DNA of 29,923 bases from a virus (taxonomy: Duplodnaviria; Caudoviricetes). The position numbers and the translations under genes are program-made. Each line of letters opens with the position of its first letter. Within the stretch, counting starts at the first letter, position 1. The stretch covers positions 1 to 29,923 of IMG/VR virus record IMGVR_UViG_3300030708_000355. The stretch is one strand, 5' to 3'. Below the pieces are notes generated by a model that made no database searches, had not been told where the DNA came from, and saw only the letters and a list, made by a program, of their open reading frames with translations. Shown here piece after piece: positions 15,882 to 25,800 of this stretch.

Positions 15882-18065
15882 ATGCTACAAAAAATAGGTT
15901 TTCAGCCAGGTATAAACAAACAAGTCACAGAAACTGGAGCAGAGAGTCAGTGGGTAGATTGTGATAATGTTAGATTTCGTTATGGAACACCAGAAAAAAT
16001 AGGCGGTTGGAAACAATTAGGAGAAAGTAATCTTACAGGTGCTGGTCGAGGACTACACCATTTTGTAAATAGTCTAGCTAGAAAATACGCGATTATAGGT
16101 ACAAACAGAATTTTATATGCTTTCTCTGGAGGTGTGTATTATGACATACATCCTATTAAATCTACGACCACGCTTACAAGTGCATTCACCACGACCAACG
16201 GATCACCGACAGTTACAATAACTTTTTCTAGTCCGCACAGTATATCTGAAAATGATATTATATTATTAGATAATTTTTCATCAATCACTAATTCAAACTT
16301 TGTAGAGGCAGATTTTAAAGATAAAAAATTTATGGTTACAACTGTGCCTACGAGCACAACACTAACTATAACAATGCCATCAAATGAATCAGGATCTGGT
16401 GCAACAACATCAGGTGGTATCAGAGTGCAACATTACTATCCAGTAGGACCAGCTGTACAGGCAAAAGGTTTTGGTTGGTCACTGGGATCTTGGGGTGGTA
16501 CAGTCGCTGGTAATCCAACAACCACACTACAAAACGGTATCAATAGCTCTGCAACAACTGGTATTATATTGGTTGACTCATCACAGTTTCCAACTGCAGG
16601 TACAAACTTTTTACAAATAAACAGTGAAGAAATATCTTATACAGGTATTGCAGCCACGGGAGAACTTACAGGTGTAACAAGAGGTGTGGGTGGAACAACA
16701 GCTGCATCGCATAGTGGAGGTGCAACAATTACTAGCACAACTACTTTTATTGGTTGGGGTGAGGCTGCATCTGGAGACTTAGTATTAGAACCAGGTATGT
16801 GGTCATTAGATAACTTTGGTGACAAAGCTATTTGTTTAATACATGACAGTGCATGTTTTGAATGGAATTCTGCAGCAACAGATGCAACATCAAATAGAGC
16901 AACAATTATAACTGGTGCACCAACTGCATCAAGACATATGGTTGTATCAACACCTGATAGACACTTAGTATTTTATGGAACAGAGACAACAATAGGAGAT
17001 GTGGGAACTCAAGATGATATGTTTATTAGATTCTCTGATCAAGAGGATATAAATACATATACACCAACAGCAACCAATACAGCTGGTACACAAAGACTGG
17101 CCGATGGATCACAAATTAGAGGAGCTATCCGTGGTAGAGATGCTTTGTATGTTTGGACTGATACAGCTTTGTTTACACAAAGATTTGTTGGATCTCCATT
17201 TACATTTGCCTTTTCACAAGTGGGTACAAACTGTGGACTTGTTGGACAGAATGCATGTGTAGAAGTAGACGGTTCTGCATATTGGATGTCAGAGAATGGT
17301 TTCTTTAGATACGCTGGTAAACTAGAATCATTACCTTGTTTGGTAGAGGATCATGTTTATGATGATATAAATTTAGACTCTGGTAATCAAATGGTATCTG
17401 CTGGATTAAACAATCTTTTTGGTGAAGTCATATGGTTTTATCCAACTTCCTCATCATCTGTTGTAAACAGAATGGTTGCATATAACTATTTTGACTCCTC
17501 ACCACGAAGACCTGTATGGACAGTAGGAACATTGGCAAGAACAATGTGGCAGGACTCCGCTGTCTTTGGTAAACCACACGCAACAGAATACGATGGAGCT
17601 AATGACAGCTCTTTTGATGTTGTGGGCAACACTGAAGGTAGAACAACATACTATCAACACGAGACAGGGACAGATCAAGTAAGAGGCGGAGCTACAACTG
17701 CAATACTTGCTAATATATCCTCTGGAGATTTTGACATTACTCAAAGAAGAGCAGCTACTGGACAAACGACAGGTATGCCTGACCTTAGAGGAGATGGTGA
17801 GTTTATTATGAAAATAAGAAGATTTGTACCAGATTTTATATCTCAAACAGGTGATACACAGGTCACGTTAAATTTACGTAATTATTCAAACAGCTCACAA
17901 GCTAGTTCCTCATTAGGGCCCTTTACAGTTACAAGCAGCACTGATAAAGTAGATACTCGTGCAAGAGCTAGAGCTATCTCATTAAAGATTGCTAATACTT
18001 CAACTAACCAAAGTTGGAAGCTAGGCACATTTAGATTAGACATACAACCAGATGGAAGACGATAA
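15882..18065 (+). CDS. Tail nozzle / packaged-DNA stabilisation protein-like (P22 gp10 / tubular protein B class)
   Basis: 727 aa; N-terminal PGI.K...WVDCDNVRF, propeller-like IRFSDQE, LYVWTD, YWMS, EVIWFYP; lies before internal proteins. Confidence 0.65.
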   Translation: MLQKIGFQPGINKQVTETGAESQWVDCDNVRFRYGTPEKIGGWKQLGESNLTGAGRGLHHFVNSLARKYAIIGTNRILYAFSGGVYYDIHPIKSTTTLTSAFTTTNGSPTVTITFSSPHSISENDIILLDNFSSITNSNFVEADFKDKKFMVTTVPTSTTLTITMPSNESGSGATTSGGIRVQHYYPVGPAVQAKGFGWSLGSWGGTVAGNPTTTLQNGINSSATTGIILVDSSQFPTAGTNFLQINSEEISYTGIAATGELTGVTRGVGGTTAASHSGGATITSTTTFIGWGEAASGDLVLEPGMWSLDNFGDKAICLIHDSACFEWNSAATDATSNRATIITGAPTASRHMVVSTPDRHLVFYGTETTIGDVGTQDDMFIRFSDQEDINTYTPTATNTAGTQRLADGSQIRGAIRGRDALYVWTDTALFTQRFVGSPFTFAFSQVGTNCGLVGQNACVEVDGSAYWMSENGFFRYAGKLESLPCLVEDHVYDDINLDSGNQMVSAGLNNLFGEVIWFYPTSSSSVVNRMVAYNYFDSSPRRPVWTVGTLARTMWQDSAVFGKPHATEYDGANDSSFDVVGNTEGRTTYYQHETGTDQVRGGATTAILANISSGDFDITQRRAATGQTTGMPDLRGDGEFIMKIRRFVPDFISQTGDTQVTLNLRNYSNSSQASSSLGPFTVTSSTDKVDTRARARAISLKIANTSTNQSWKLGTFRLDIQPDGRR

Positions 18066-19210
18066 TGGTAACAAGAGTTCCTAATACAGAATTATTAGCA
18101 ATAAAAGACCAGTTTGGCATTCAAGACCCATTCTTATTAAAAGATTATAATGATTACATGATGGATCTTGTAGAAGAAGCACAAGCTACTGGTGGTGTAC
18201 CTGCTGCGACTACACAAGGTGGCGGTGGTGAAGGTGGTATTTTTTCTGGTGTAAGAGATTTTAGAAGCGGTGCACCAGGAGCAAAAAATTTTTTATTTAA
18301 AGATGATGATACTCCAGTTGATATAAGAAATATTACAGACAAAGATTTTTTTTCTAGAATATTTGGAGATGCGTATGATCCGTACAAAAGAGAACCATCT
18401 GGTATAGAAGTAAGTCCAATAGGGGATAGGCCTAGTATATTTGATTATGCAGCAGAGAGTGGGATAGGTCCCGTTAACACTGGACAATTTTTAGACGATC
18501 TCAGAGCATACAATCAAGCCTTATCTCAATCAGGGGTTATTCCAGATGCTCCAGGTATAAAAGAAGCAATACCAGAGAAAAAAGGTTTAAGCGGACTTTT
18601 TGAAGATGTTAAAAAAGGTGCTGGTAGTTTAAAAGATTTTGTAATGGGTGGAGGCTTTACAGGAGGTATACTTAGAGGTTTAATTGGTGAAAGAGATCCA
18701 AGATTTACGTCAATAAGATCATATTATGGTGGCGATACAAGATTTGCCGATCAATCTAATTTAGATAGCATTGGAAGAATTAGATCTGGTTTAATGGCAG
18801 GTTATGCACCTGTTTCTGGTGGTTTAAGAATTGGCACTAACTTTGATGCCGAAGGTAACTATACAGGAGGCACAATAGGTGGTCCTGTAAGATATGGTTT
18901 ACAAAGAGCGTATCAAAAACGTATTGATAATTACAATAAATATATTGCTAGAAATCAAAAGAAATTACAAGACAAGTTTAGTCAAAAATTATTTGATAAA
19001 ATTGAACGACAAAAGAAAATGCGAGAGAGACTAGCTAGAGAAAAAGCAGCTGAGTTAAGAGTTTTACAAGAGGCACAAAGAAGAAAAGATCAACAAACTA
19101 TTCAAGATGCTTATGATACACAAACAGGGGCAGACTCTGGTTACTCTGGTGGATTTGATAGACAAACAGGTAACTACGATGACCCATTTGACCCAGGATT
19201 TGCAGACTAA
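18065..19210 (+). CDS. Hypothetical protein, probable internal virion protein
   Basis: 381 aa, Gly-rich with a basic coiled coil near the C-terminus; TAATG coupling at both ends. Confidence 0.65.
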   Translation: MVTRVPNTELLAIKDQFGIQDPFLLKDYNDYMMDLVEEAQATGGVPAATTQGGGGEGGIFSGVRDFRSGAPGAKNFLFKDDDTPVDIRNITDKDFFSRIFGDAYDPYKREPSGIEVSPIGDRPSIFDYAAESGIGPVNTGQFLDDLRAYNQALSQSGVIPDAPGIKEAIPEKKGLSGLFEDVKKGAGSLKDFVMGGGFTGGILRGLIGERDPRFTSIRSYYGGDTRFADQSNLDSIGRIRSGLMAGYAPVSGGLRIGTNFDAEGNYTGGTIGGPVRYGLQRAYQKRIDNYNKYIARNQKKLQDKFSQKLFDKIERQKKMRERLAREKAAELRVLQEAQRRKDQQTIQDAYDTQTGADSGYSGGFDRQTGNYDDPFDPGFAD

Positions 19211-19374
19211 TGGCTAAGATAGTACAAGTATTAACGAGACCTAGTGAAGAGTATGATTTAGGTACAGCAGAAGCACAAGTTAGAGACATTGATGCCATTA
19301 TAGAAAAACTAAACACTACGTTTCAAGAAGAACTAAAAGAGGAGATAGAAGCATTTAACTTCTTTGCACAATAA
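19210..19374 (+). CDS. Small hypothetical protein missing from the ORF track (54 aa)
   Basis: MAKIVQVLTRPSEEYDLGTAEAQVRDIDAIIEKLNTTFQEELKEEIEAFNFFAQ; fills the gap exactly with TAATG overlaps at both ends. Confidence 0.8.
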   Translation: MAKIVQVLTRPSEEYDLGTAEAQVRDIDAIIEKLNTTFQEELKEEIEAFNFFAQ

Positions 19375-19727
19375 TGGCTAATAGATTTATAAATAAAAAA
19401 GTAAAACTAACCACCACAGATAACACAACTATATTTACTGTGCCAACTGCAACGACATCTATTGTTAGATCTATACTAGTGTCAGAGTATGCAGGTTCTG
19501 GATCAAGCATAACTGTAACTTTAACAGACTCTGATAGTACAGTTTTTAATTTATTTACTAATAAAGCTGTAGCATCTAATGCAACAACAGAGTTATTAAG
19601 TAATCCTTTAATATTACAAGAAAATGAAATATTAAAAGTACAAGCAGCTGATGCAAATAGATTACAAGTAATAGCATCAGTATTAGAGGTACAACCTAGA
19701 ACAGTTCTTGGAGGGGCAGCATCATAA
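19374..19727 (+). CDS. Hypothetical virion protein (beta-rich)
   Basis: 117 aa, GAGGAG RBS, TAATG coupling. Confidence 0.75.
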   Translation: MANRFINKKVKLTTTDNTTIFTVPTATTSIVRSILVSEYAGSGSSITVTLTDSDSTVFNLFTNKAVASNATTELLSNPLILQENEILKVQAADANRLQVIASVLEVQPRTVLGGAAS

Positions 19728-19897
19728 TGATAGAATTAAAACCAGAAAAGATAATAGAAGAGATATCAAACCTTAAAACAGGTGAAAAATATAAGAACGA
19801 TGAAGAGTGGAAGGCTAAAGGCATACCTGAGTCTGATATAAGAAGAGACGTTAGAATAATTATGCCGAGTCTTGATTTATTTGGAGAAACAAAATAA
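19727..19897 (+). CDS. Small hypothetical protein missing from the ORF track (56 aa)
   Basis: MIELKPEKIIEEISNLKTGEKYKNDEEWKAKGIPESDIRRDVRIIMPSLDLFGETK; TAATG overlap, GGAGG upstream. Confidence 0.75.
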   Translation: MIELKPEKIIEEISNLKTGEKYKNDEEWKAKGIPESDIRRDVRIIMPSLDLFGETK

Positions 19898-19906
19898 GGT
19901 AGAAAA

Positions 19907-20899
19907 ATGGCAATATCTAGAATGCAAGAACCCAGACAACAATACGGATTAGGAAGTTTTGTAAAAAAAATCACTAAAAAAGCAACAAAACCTTTTACAA
20001 AAATTGCTAAAAAATTGGTGCCAAAAGAGATAGCTGGTATCATGAGAGTTGCTGCACCTTTCTTGCCACCAGGGTATAGAGAGGCGGCATATCTATTAGG
20101 AACAGCAAAACAAACAGGTAGAATTAGTCCTGTTGATTTGGCTTTGGCTGCAGCTCCTACGTTTTTTGACAAGACAACAACTGGTCAAAATTTAGCATCT
20201 CAATTTAAAGGTTCAAAAGCAGGTAAATTTTTATTTGGTGATATGGCCTCCCCCGCAGATGCAGTTGGAGAAATGGGATCTAGAGGACTTATAGGATCAG
20301 AAGGTCAGATGTTTCAGTTTGGATCAGGTCAAGGTTTAAAAGAATTTGCAACAGACACTAATATTGGTAGAATTTTATTGGGTAATAAGGACGGAACAGG
20401 TATTAGTTTCTCTAAAGCAGCTGGTATAGGTGCGGGTATATTTAGTATAATAGCAGAGGCTAAAACACCAGATGAAGCTGGTAGAATGTTAGTAGCAGCA
20501 ACAGGAGATCCTTTTGACTATGAAAGAGGACAAAAATTATTTGGTCAACTACCTGATGATGCTTTTAAAATAGATGATCAATTTGTTCTTAAAAGATCGT
20601 CTAAGGACGGTGGTTTAATGCGTAAAAACTTTGCTCTAGGAACAATGCCCACGGAACAAGAACAAGGTCTAGGAGGGCTTCCAATTGAGGCAGATATGAG
20701 GTATACTGGTGGCTTCATGCCATACGGTGCAGTAGAAAAAGCCGATGACGTGCCTGCTAGATTAAGCAAAAATGAATTTGTATTTACAGCTGATGCAGTG
20801 AGAGCTGCAGGTGGCGGTAGCGTGCAAAAAGGAGCTAAACGTATGTATGACACAATGAAAAAATTAGAATCACAACCCGAAGCGAAAGGCATGGCATAA
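19907..20899 (+). CDS. Internal virion protein
   Basis: N-terminal amphipathic LGSFVKKITKK; C-terminal DDVPARLSKNEFVFTADAVR motif familiar from phage virion proteins. Confidence 0.65.
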   Translation: MAISRMQEPRQQYGLGSFVKKITKKATKPFTKIAKKLVPKEIAGIMRVAAPFLPPGYREAAYLLGTAKQTGRISPVDLALAAAPTFFDKTTTGQNLASQFKGSKAGKFLFGDMASPADAVGEMGSRGLIGSEGQMFQFGSGQGLKEFATDTNIGRILLGNKDGTGISFSKAAGIGAGIFSIIAEAKTPDEAGRMLVAATGDPFDYERGQKLFGQLPDDAFKIDDQFVLKRSSKDGGLMRKNFALGTMPTEQEQGLGGLPIEADMRYTGGFMPYGAVEKADDVPARLSKNEFVFTADAVRAAGGGSVQKGAKRMYDTMKKLESQPEAKGMA

Positions 20900-21810
20900 T
20901 GGCTGAAGAAGTAATACAACGTACGATAACCCAGGCCCCTGATTATCTCAAGCCTGGTATAGAAAAATTTTTAGAAGGTGCAACCTTACAAGCTGGTCAA
21001 GCATTAGATACATCTAAATTTGCTCCACAAGTTGCAGGACTTGGTGCCTTACAACAAAATGTTCAACAACAATTAGCAACACAAGCTGGACTTGGAACTT
21101 TACAGTTTGGTCCACAAGGACAAGTTACTGGAGTTACGGGAACAGGTGTTTCACAATTTCAACCATTTTTAACAGAAGCTCAAAAACAACTTGGAGAGCA
21201 AGCAAAATTAGTTGGACCACAAGCATTCACTGCTTTTCAATCTCCATATCAAACAGCTGTAAGAGATGCTACTTTAAAACAATTTGAAGAATCTAGAAAA
21301 GAAAGAAGACAAGGAATTAGAGATGAGGCAGCAAAACTTGGAGCTTTAGGTGCAGGCAGAACAGGAATTCAACTAGCAGAGTATGATAGAAAAACAGATA
21401 TGGACAAAGCATTATTGTTAGCACAATTAAATCAATCTGGATTTACACAAGCACAAGATTTAGCTAGCAGAGCTTTTGGTCAAAGAGGTCAACTAGCATC
21501 TAGTCAAATTGGTTTAGGAGAAGCGCAACAAGGTTTACGTGGTGCAGAGTTAGGAATTGCACAAGGTCTAGGACAATCAGATCTTGCGTTTAGACAAGCG
21601 TTGTTAGATCAAACACAAGGAGCAAATAGATTAGCTGCATTTGAACCAATAGACAGACTAGCTAGATTTGGACAAGGTTTAACTGGAGTTGGTGGGATGA
21701 TGGGATCTGTGCAAACAACTATGGGCACACCACCACCACAAACAAGTGCATTAGGTAATGCACTACAAGCAGGTATAGGAGCGTTTACACTAGGTAAATT
21801 GTTTGGTTAA
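20899..21810 (+). CDS. DNA transfer/ejection (pilot-like) protein
   Basis: Gln/Gly/Ala-rich; SPYQ..V...L, GALGAGR..I..AE; hydrophobic Gly-rich C-terminus. Confidence 0.6.
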   Translation: MAEEVIQRTITQAPDYLKPGIEKFLEGATLQAGQALDTSKFAPQVAGLGALQQNVQQQLATQAGLGTLQFGPQGQVTGVTGTGVSQFQPFLTEAQKQLGEQAKLVGPQAFTAFQSPYQTAVRDATLKQFEESRKERRQGIRDEAAKLGALGAGRTGIQLAEYDRKTDMDKALLLAQLNQSGFTQAQDLASRAFGQRGQLASSQIGLGEAQQGLRGAELGIAQGLGQSDLAFRQALLDQTQGANRLAAFEPIDRLARFGQGLTGVGGMMGSVQTTMGTPPPQTSALGNALQAGIGAFTLGKLFG

Positions 21811-22841
21811 TGGACTATAAGATAATGCAACGACCGATGTTTAAATTGGGAGGCAAGGCTGCCTCGCAAGGAACAGGTATTACATCTGGTTTAGATGAAA
21901 GAGTTAACTATTCTAATGGTAGTGATCGATCAGCTAAATTTTTAGAAAGTGCTTTAGATAAAGTAAACAGAAGAGAAGCTGCTATGGACAGCCTAAATGA
22001 TTTATATAATTTACAAGCTTTGGCTGGTGCTAGTAATTTAGCTGGCCAGATAACAACAAACAATCCGTTTGAAGCAGGTTTACAATTATTAAGGGGCGCA
22101 CCATCAATAGTTTTACCTTTGATGTCACAACGTAAAAAATTAGAATTACAAAAACTAGATCCAAAAACTGATCTTGCATTAGCAAAAGCATTTAAACCAT
22201 CAGGTGGTTTTGGTGAAAAAGTTTATCAAATGAAACTTAGAGATTTAGCTCAATTAGAAAAAAGGTTAAGTGAATTAAATCAACAAAGAACAGCAGGAGA
22301 AATAGATGATGCAAAATATCAAGTTGCTAGAGATGCTATAGAGAGAAGACTTAAATTAATTAGTTCACAGTTTGAAACTTCAAAAGATATTAGACAGATG
22401 CTTTACAATCAATACTTTGAACAATATCAGTCCGCACCTGATAAAGAGACTTTGGATGAATTAGTTGCAGACTACAAAGCTGCTATGGGTGGTAATTCCA
22501 TGGGTGGCACACCAAACAGAGTAAATAGAATGATGGGATCGCCAGAAACAGGTGAGATGGCAGATGATCCAAAACCTTTACCTAATGACCCTACAGAACC
22601 AGTAAATCCTTTTAAACCAAAACCAATAAAACCATTGGGTGATATGGCAGATAAAGGTAATGATACGTATGCAATGTTAAGAGCTAGATTACCAGCAGAA
22701 ATACCTGATGATGTTGTATCTTTAATTTCATATAATCCAGAAGCGTTTGCAGATTTTGCAAGTATTGAAAACCAAGAAGATGTAAAATCATTCAATGAGA
22801 AACACAACATGGAGTTAGTCATTGATGTGGCTACCGTTTAA
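21810..22841 (+). CDS. Probable ejection/internal virion protein
   Basis: 343 aa helical, RPMFKLGG N-terminus, sits between pilot-like and largest virion genes. Confidence 0.55.
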   Translation: MDYKIMQRPMFKLGGKAASQGTGITSGLDERVNYSNGSDRSAKFLESALDKVNRREAAMDSLNDLYNLQALAGASNLAGQITTNNPFEAGLQLLRGAPSIVLPLMSQRKKLELQKLDPKTDLALAKAFKPSGGFGEKVYQMKLRDLAQLEKRLSELNQQRTAGEIDDAKYQVARDAIERRLKLISSQFETSKDIRQMLYNQYFEQYQSAPDKETLDELVADYKAAMGGNSMGGTPNRVNRMMGSPETGEMADDPKPLPNDPTEPVNPFKPKPIKPLGDMADKGNDTYAMLRARLPAEIPDDVVSLISYNPEAFADFASIENQEDVKSFNEKHNMELVIDVATV

Positions 22842-22849
22842 GGAGGCAC

Positions 22850-25800
22850 ATGGACGAAGGAACAAAATCTAGAATTAGACCCTTTCTAAGAACAGCTTTA
22901 GATAAAGATCCAGCAGATAGAAATTTTTTAGAAAAACTAGCTGTTGGTATATACGAACCTATAATAGAAGCAGACGAGGATAGGAACAAGCCCTCTGCTG
23001 TATTAGATGATGAATATGCATCTTTTGTTAAAAGATTACCTGGAGAAGTGCAAGCAGATGTTGATAGATATTTAAATATATTTAGAAACGATCCTACACC
23101 TGTATTATTATTCTTAGACGAATACAAAGAAAAAGGTTTTTCAGATTTTTTTAAGAACACAAAAAATTTTTCTGACATTGCAGATTCAAAAGATTTTGGA
23201 CGATACGCCGACTTTAATTTTATGGGTAAAGGCGGTTACGATGCAATGTATCGAAAAGACGAAGCTGGTGATAAAGCAAGAAAAAAAGTTTTAGAAAATA
23301 AATTTGTTCAGGCACAGATAGGTGTAGGACAAGGATTATACACAGGTGTAAGAGGCACAGCAGAACTTATAGGGGCATTATCAGATTTATATTTAGATAC
23401 AGAAACTTTAGATAATGTTGAAAGAGCTTTACCACAAATAGATCTTGAAGAAGTTTACGGCAACGAAGCTGGAGGTGTAGCAAAATTTACTTCTCTTCTT
23501 ACACAGTATGGAACTGGTTTTGCACTTGCTCAAAAAGTATCTAAAAAATTAATAGGAACAGCAGTCAAAACTAACCTTGCAAAAAAAGCTGCAGAGAAGG
23601 CAGCTAAAACATATGCTGGTAAGAAAGCTATGGATATCGCTAAGTTTGGTGGATACTGGGTTTTACCTGCGTTTACAGCTGATACCACTGTATCTGCCAT
23701 TGGACAAAAAAGTGTTGGTGAAATATTTGGTGATGAAAAAGGTAACTTTTTAGAAAGAGCTTTATCTAATACTAAATTAGAGGAGCTAGCAAACATAAAA
23801 GATCCAAAAGAATATGCAGCTGCTGTGTTAAGAAACAAATTAAAATTTGGTGCAGAGGGCACAGCGTTTATGGGTGCATTAACATTAGTTGGACCTTCTT
23901 TAAAAGGATTTGCTAAAGGCTCAGGTGTAATTTTAGAAAACGTTGTTGACCCTGTATTAACAGGCACAACTAAATTACTAGCTAGTGAAAAAAGTGGTTT
24001 GCCACAAACTTTGAGAGCAATATCAAAAGGCATAGACAAGGGTTTAGATAAATTAGGTATACCTAGACAAGAGTTATGGAAGTTTTCAGAGTATGGTTCT
24101 GGCATTAAAAATTCTATATTAAGAGGTATTGATCAGTTCACTCAAAATTTTAAATCAGGTGGACCATTTAATGTTCAAACTAGAAATGAACTTAAAAAAT
24201 TAGATGGATTAAACAAATCTGCAAAAAAATCTACAGACATATTTATGAAAGATTTAGATAGACAAATGTATAAATTAGCAGGAGCTGGGTTTAACGATAT
24301 ATTATTTAATACAAACACAGCTAATCAAGCATTAAGATATTGGGGTGACGTGTTAGAATACATGAGAGGTAATTTAAAATTAGAAAAATTACCAAAATCT
24401 TTACAGTCATCTGCGTTAGCGATTAGAAAATTAATAGATGATTACACTGCTGAGTTAAGTCCAATATTAAAAACCATGAATGTTAAAGATGATATTATTA
24501 AAAATATGGGTAGATACTTACACACTTCGTATGAAATATTTAAAAACTCTAAATACAGAGCTGATAAACAAACATATCAACAAGCCATAGATTATTTTGT
24601 AAAATTACAAAAATCTTTTAGTAAAAATATAACACCTTCTGATGCTAAATTAAATGCTACAGCTTTGGTAAATAGAATACTAGCGATAGGAAGATCTGAA
24701 GGAACCACACCTGCACAAAGACTAAAAGCTATAGCCAACGCTGCACAAGAATTAAAAATACCAAAGACTACTTTTAATAAATTTTTTAGTGATGAACAAT
24801 ATTTACCTGATGCCATTGCTAAATTATTAGGTAGAGTTGATGATCCAAAACAAATTATTATGGACACTATTGTAGAGATGGCTCACACTGTTAATAGTGC
24901 AAAAGCTTATAAAGAGATAGCAGACTTTGGAATGAATAAATTTATATTTCCAAATAGACAGGCTTATCTAGATTTTGCTAAAAGAAATGGAATTACAAAC
25001 CCAAGAGATTTAGTTGAGATAAACGTATCTAAACCATACAATTTAGATCTTCAAAAAATATTTCAAATTGGTAAACAAAAAATGCTAACTTTGCCAGAGA
25101 TAGCAAAAGCCATGAAAGACAATACATTGATCATGGACCAATTATTAAAATTACCTTTTATGAAATCTGCGCTTGCAATCAAGGCAGGAGTGCAGATGAA
25201 CAAAACGGTATTATCTTTAATGACTCAAATGCGTAACATTACAACAGCTGCCATGTTTGCTACAGCTAATGGACACATAGGAAAAGGGGCAAGTGTTGCA
25301 GATAATTTTAGAATATTATTTGATGACTTTGTTGGTAAAGACTCAGATCCTAAAAGACTAAAAGAATTATTAGAAGAAGCGTTAGATAATGGTGCAATTG
25401 ATTCTTCTACAATTGCGCAAGAACTAGAACAGATGATACCTGAGCTTATGGGTGGAACTAGATTATCACCTGGAGGAAAAACAATTGTTCAGGGAACTTC
25501 ATCAGATCAAATATTTGCTTATCTGTTTACCAAAAAAGGAGCTTTAGGTAGAGTTGTTAATAAAGCTATAGAGTCATATCAATTAGGTGATAACCTTTGG
25601 AAATTGTTTGGATATCAATTTACTAAATCACAATTAAAACCTGCTCTTAGAACCATGGATGATGTTAAAAAATATTTTAGAGAAATAGAAGGCTATGAGT
25701 TTAGACCACTGAGAGCTGATGGAACAAAGAAAAGTTTAGATGATGCTCTTAAAGAAATAGCTGGTATACAAATTAGAGACACATATCCAAACTATTCTAT

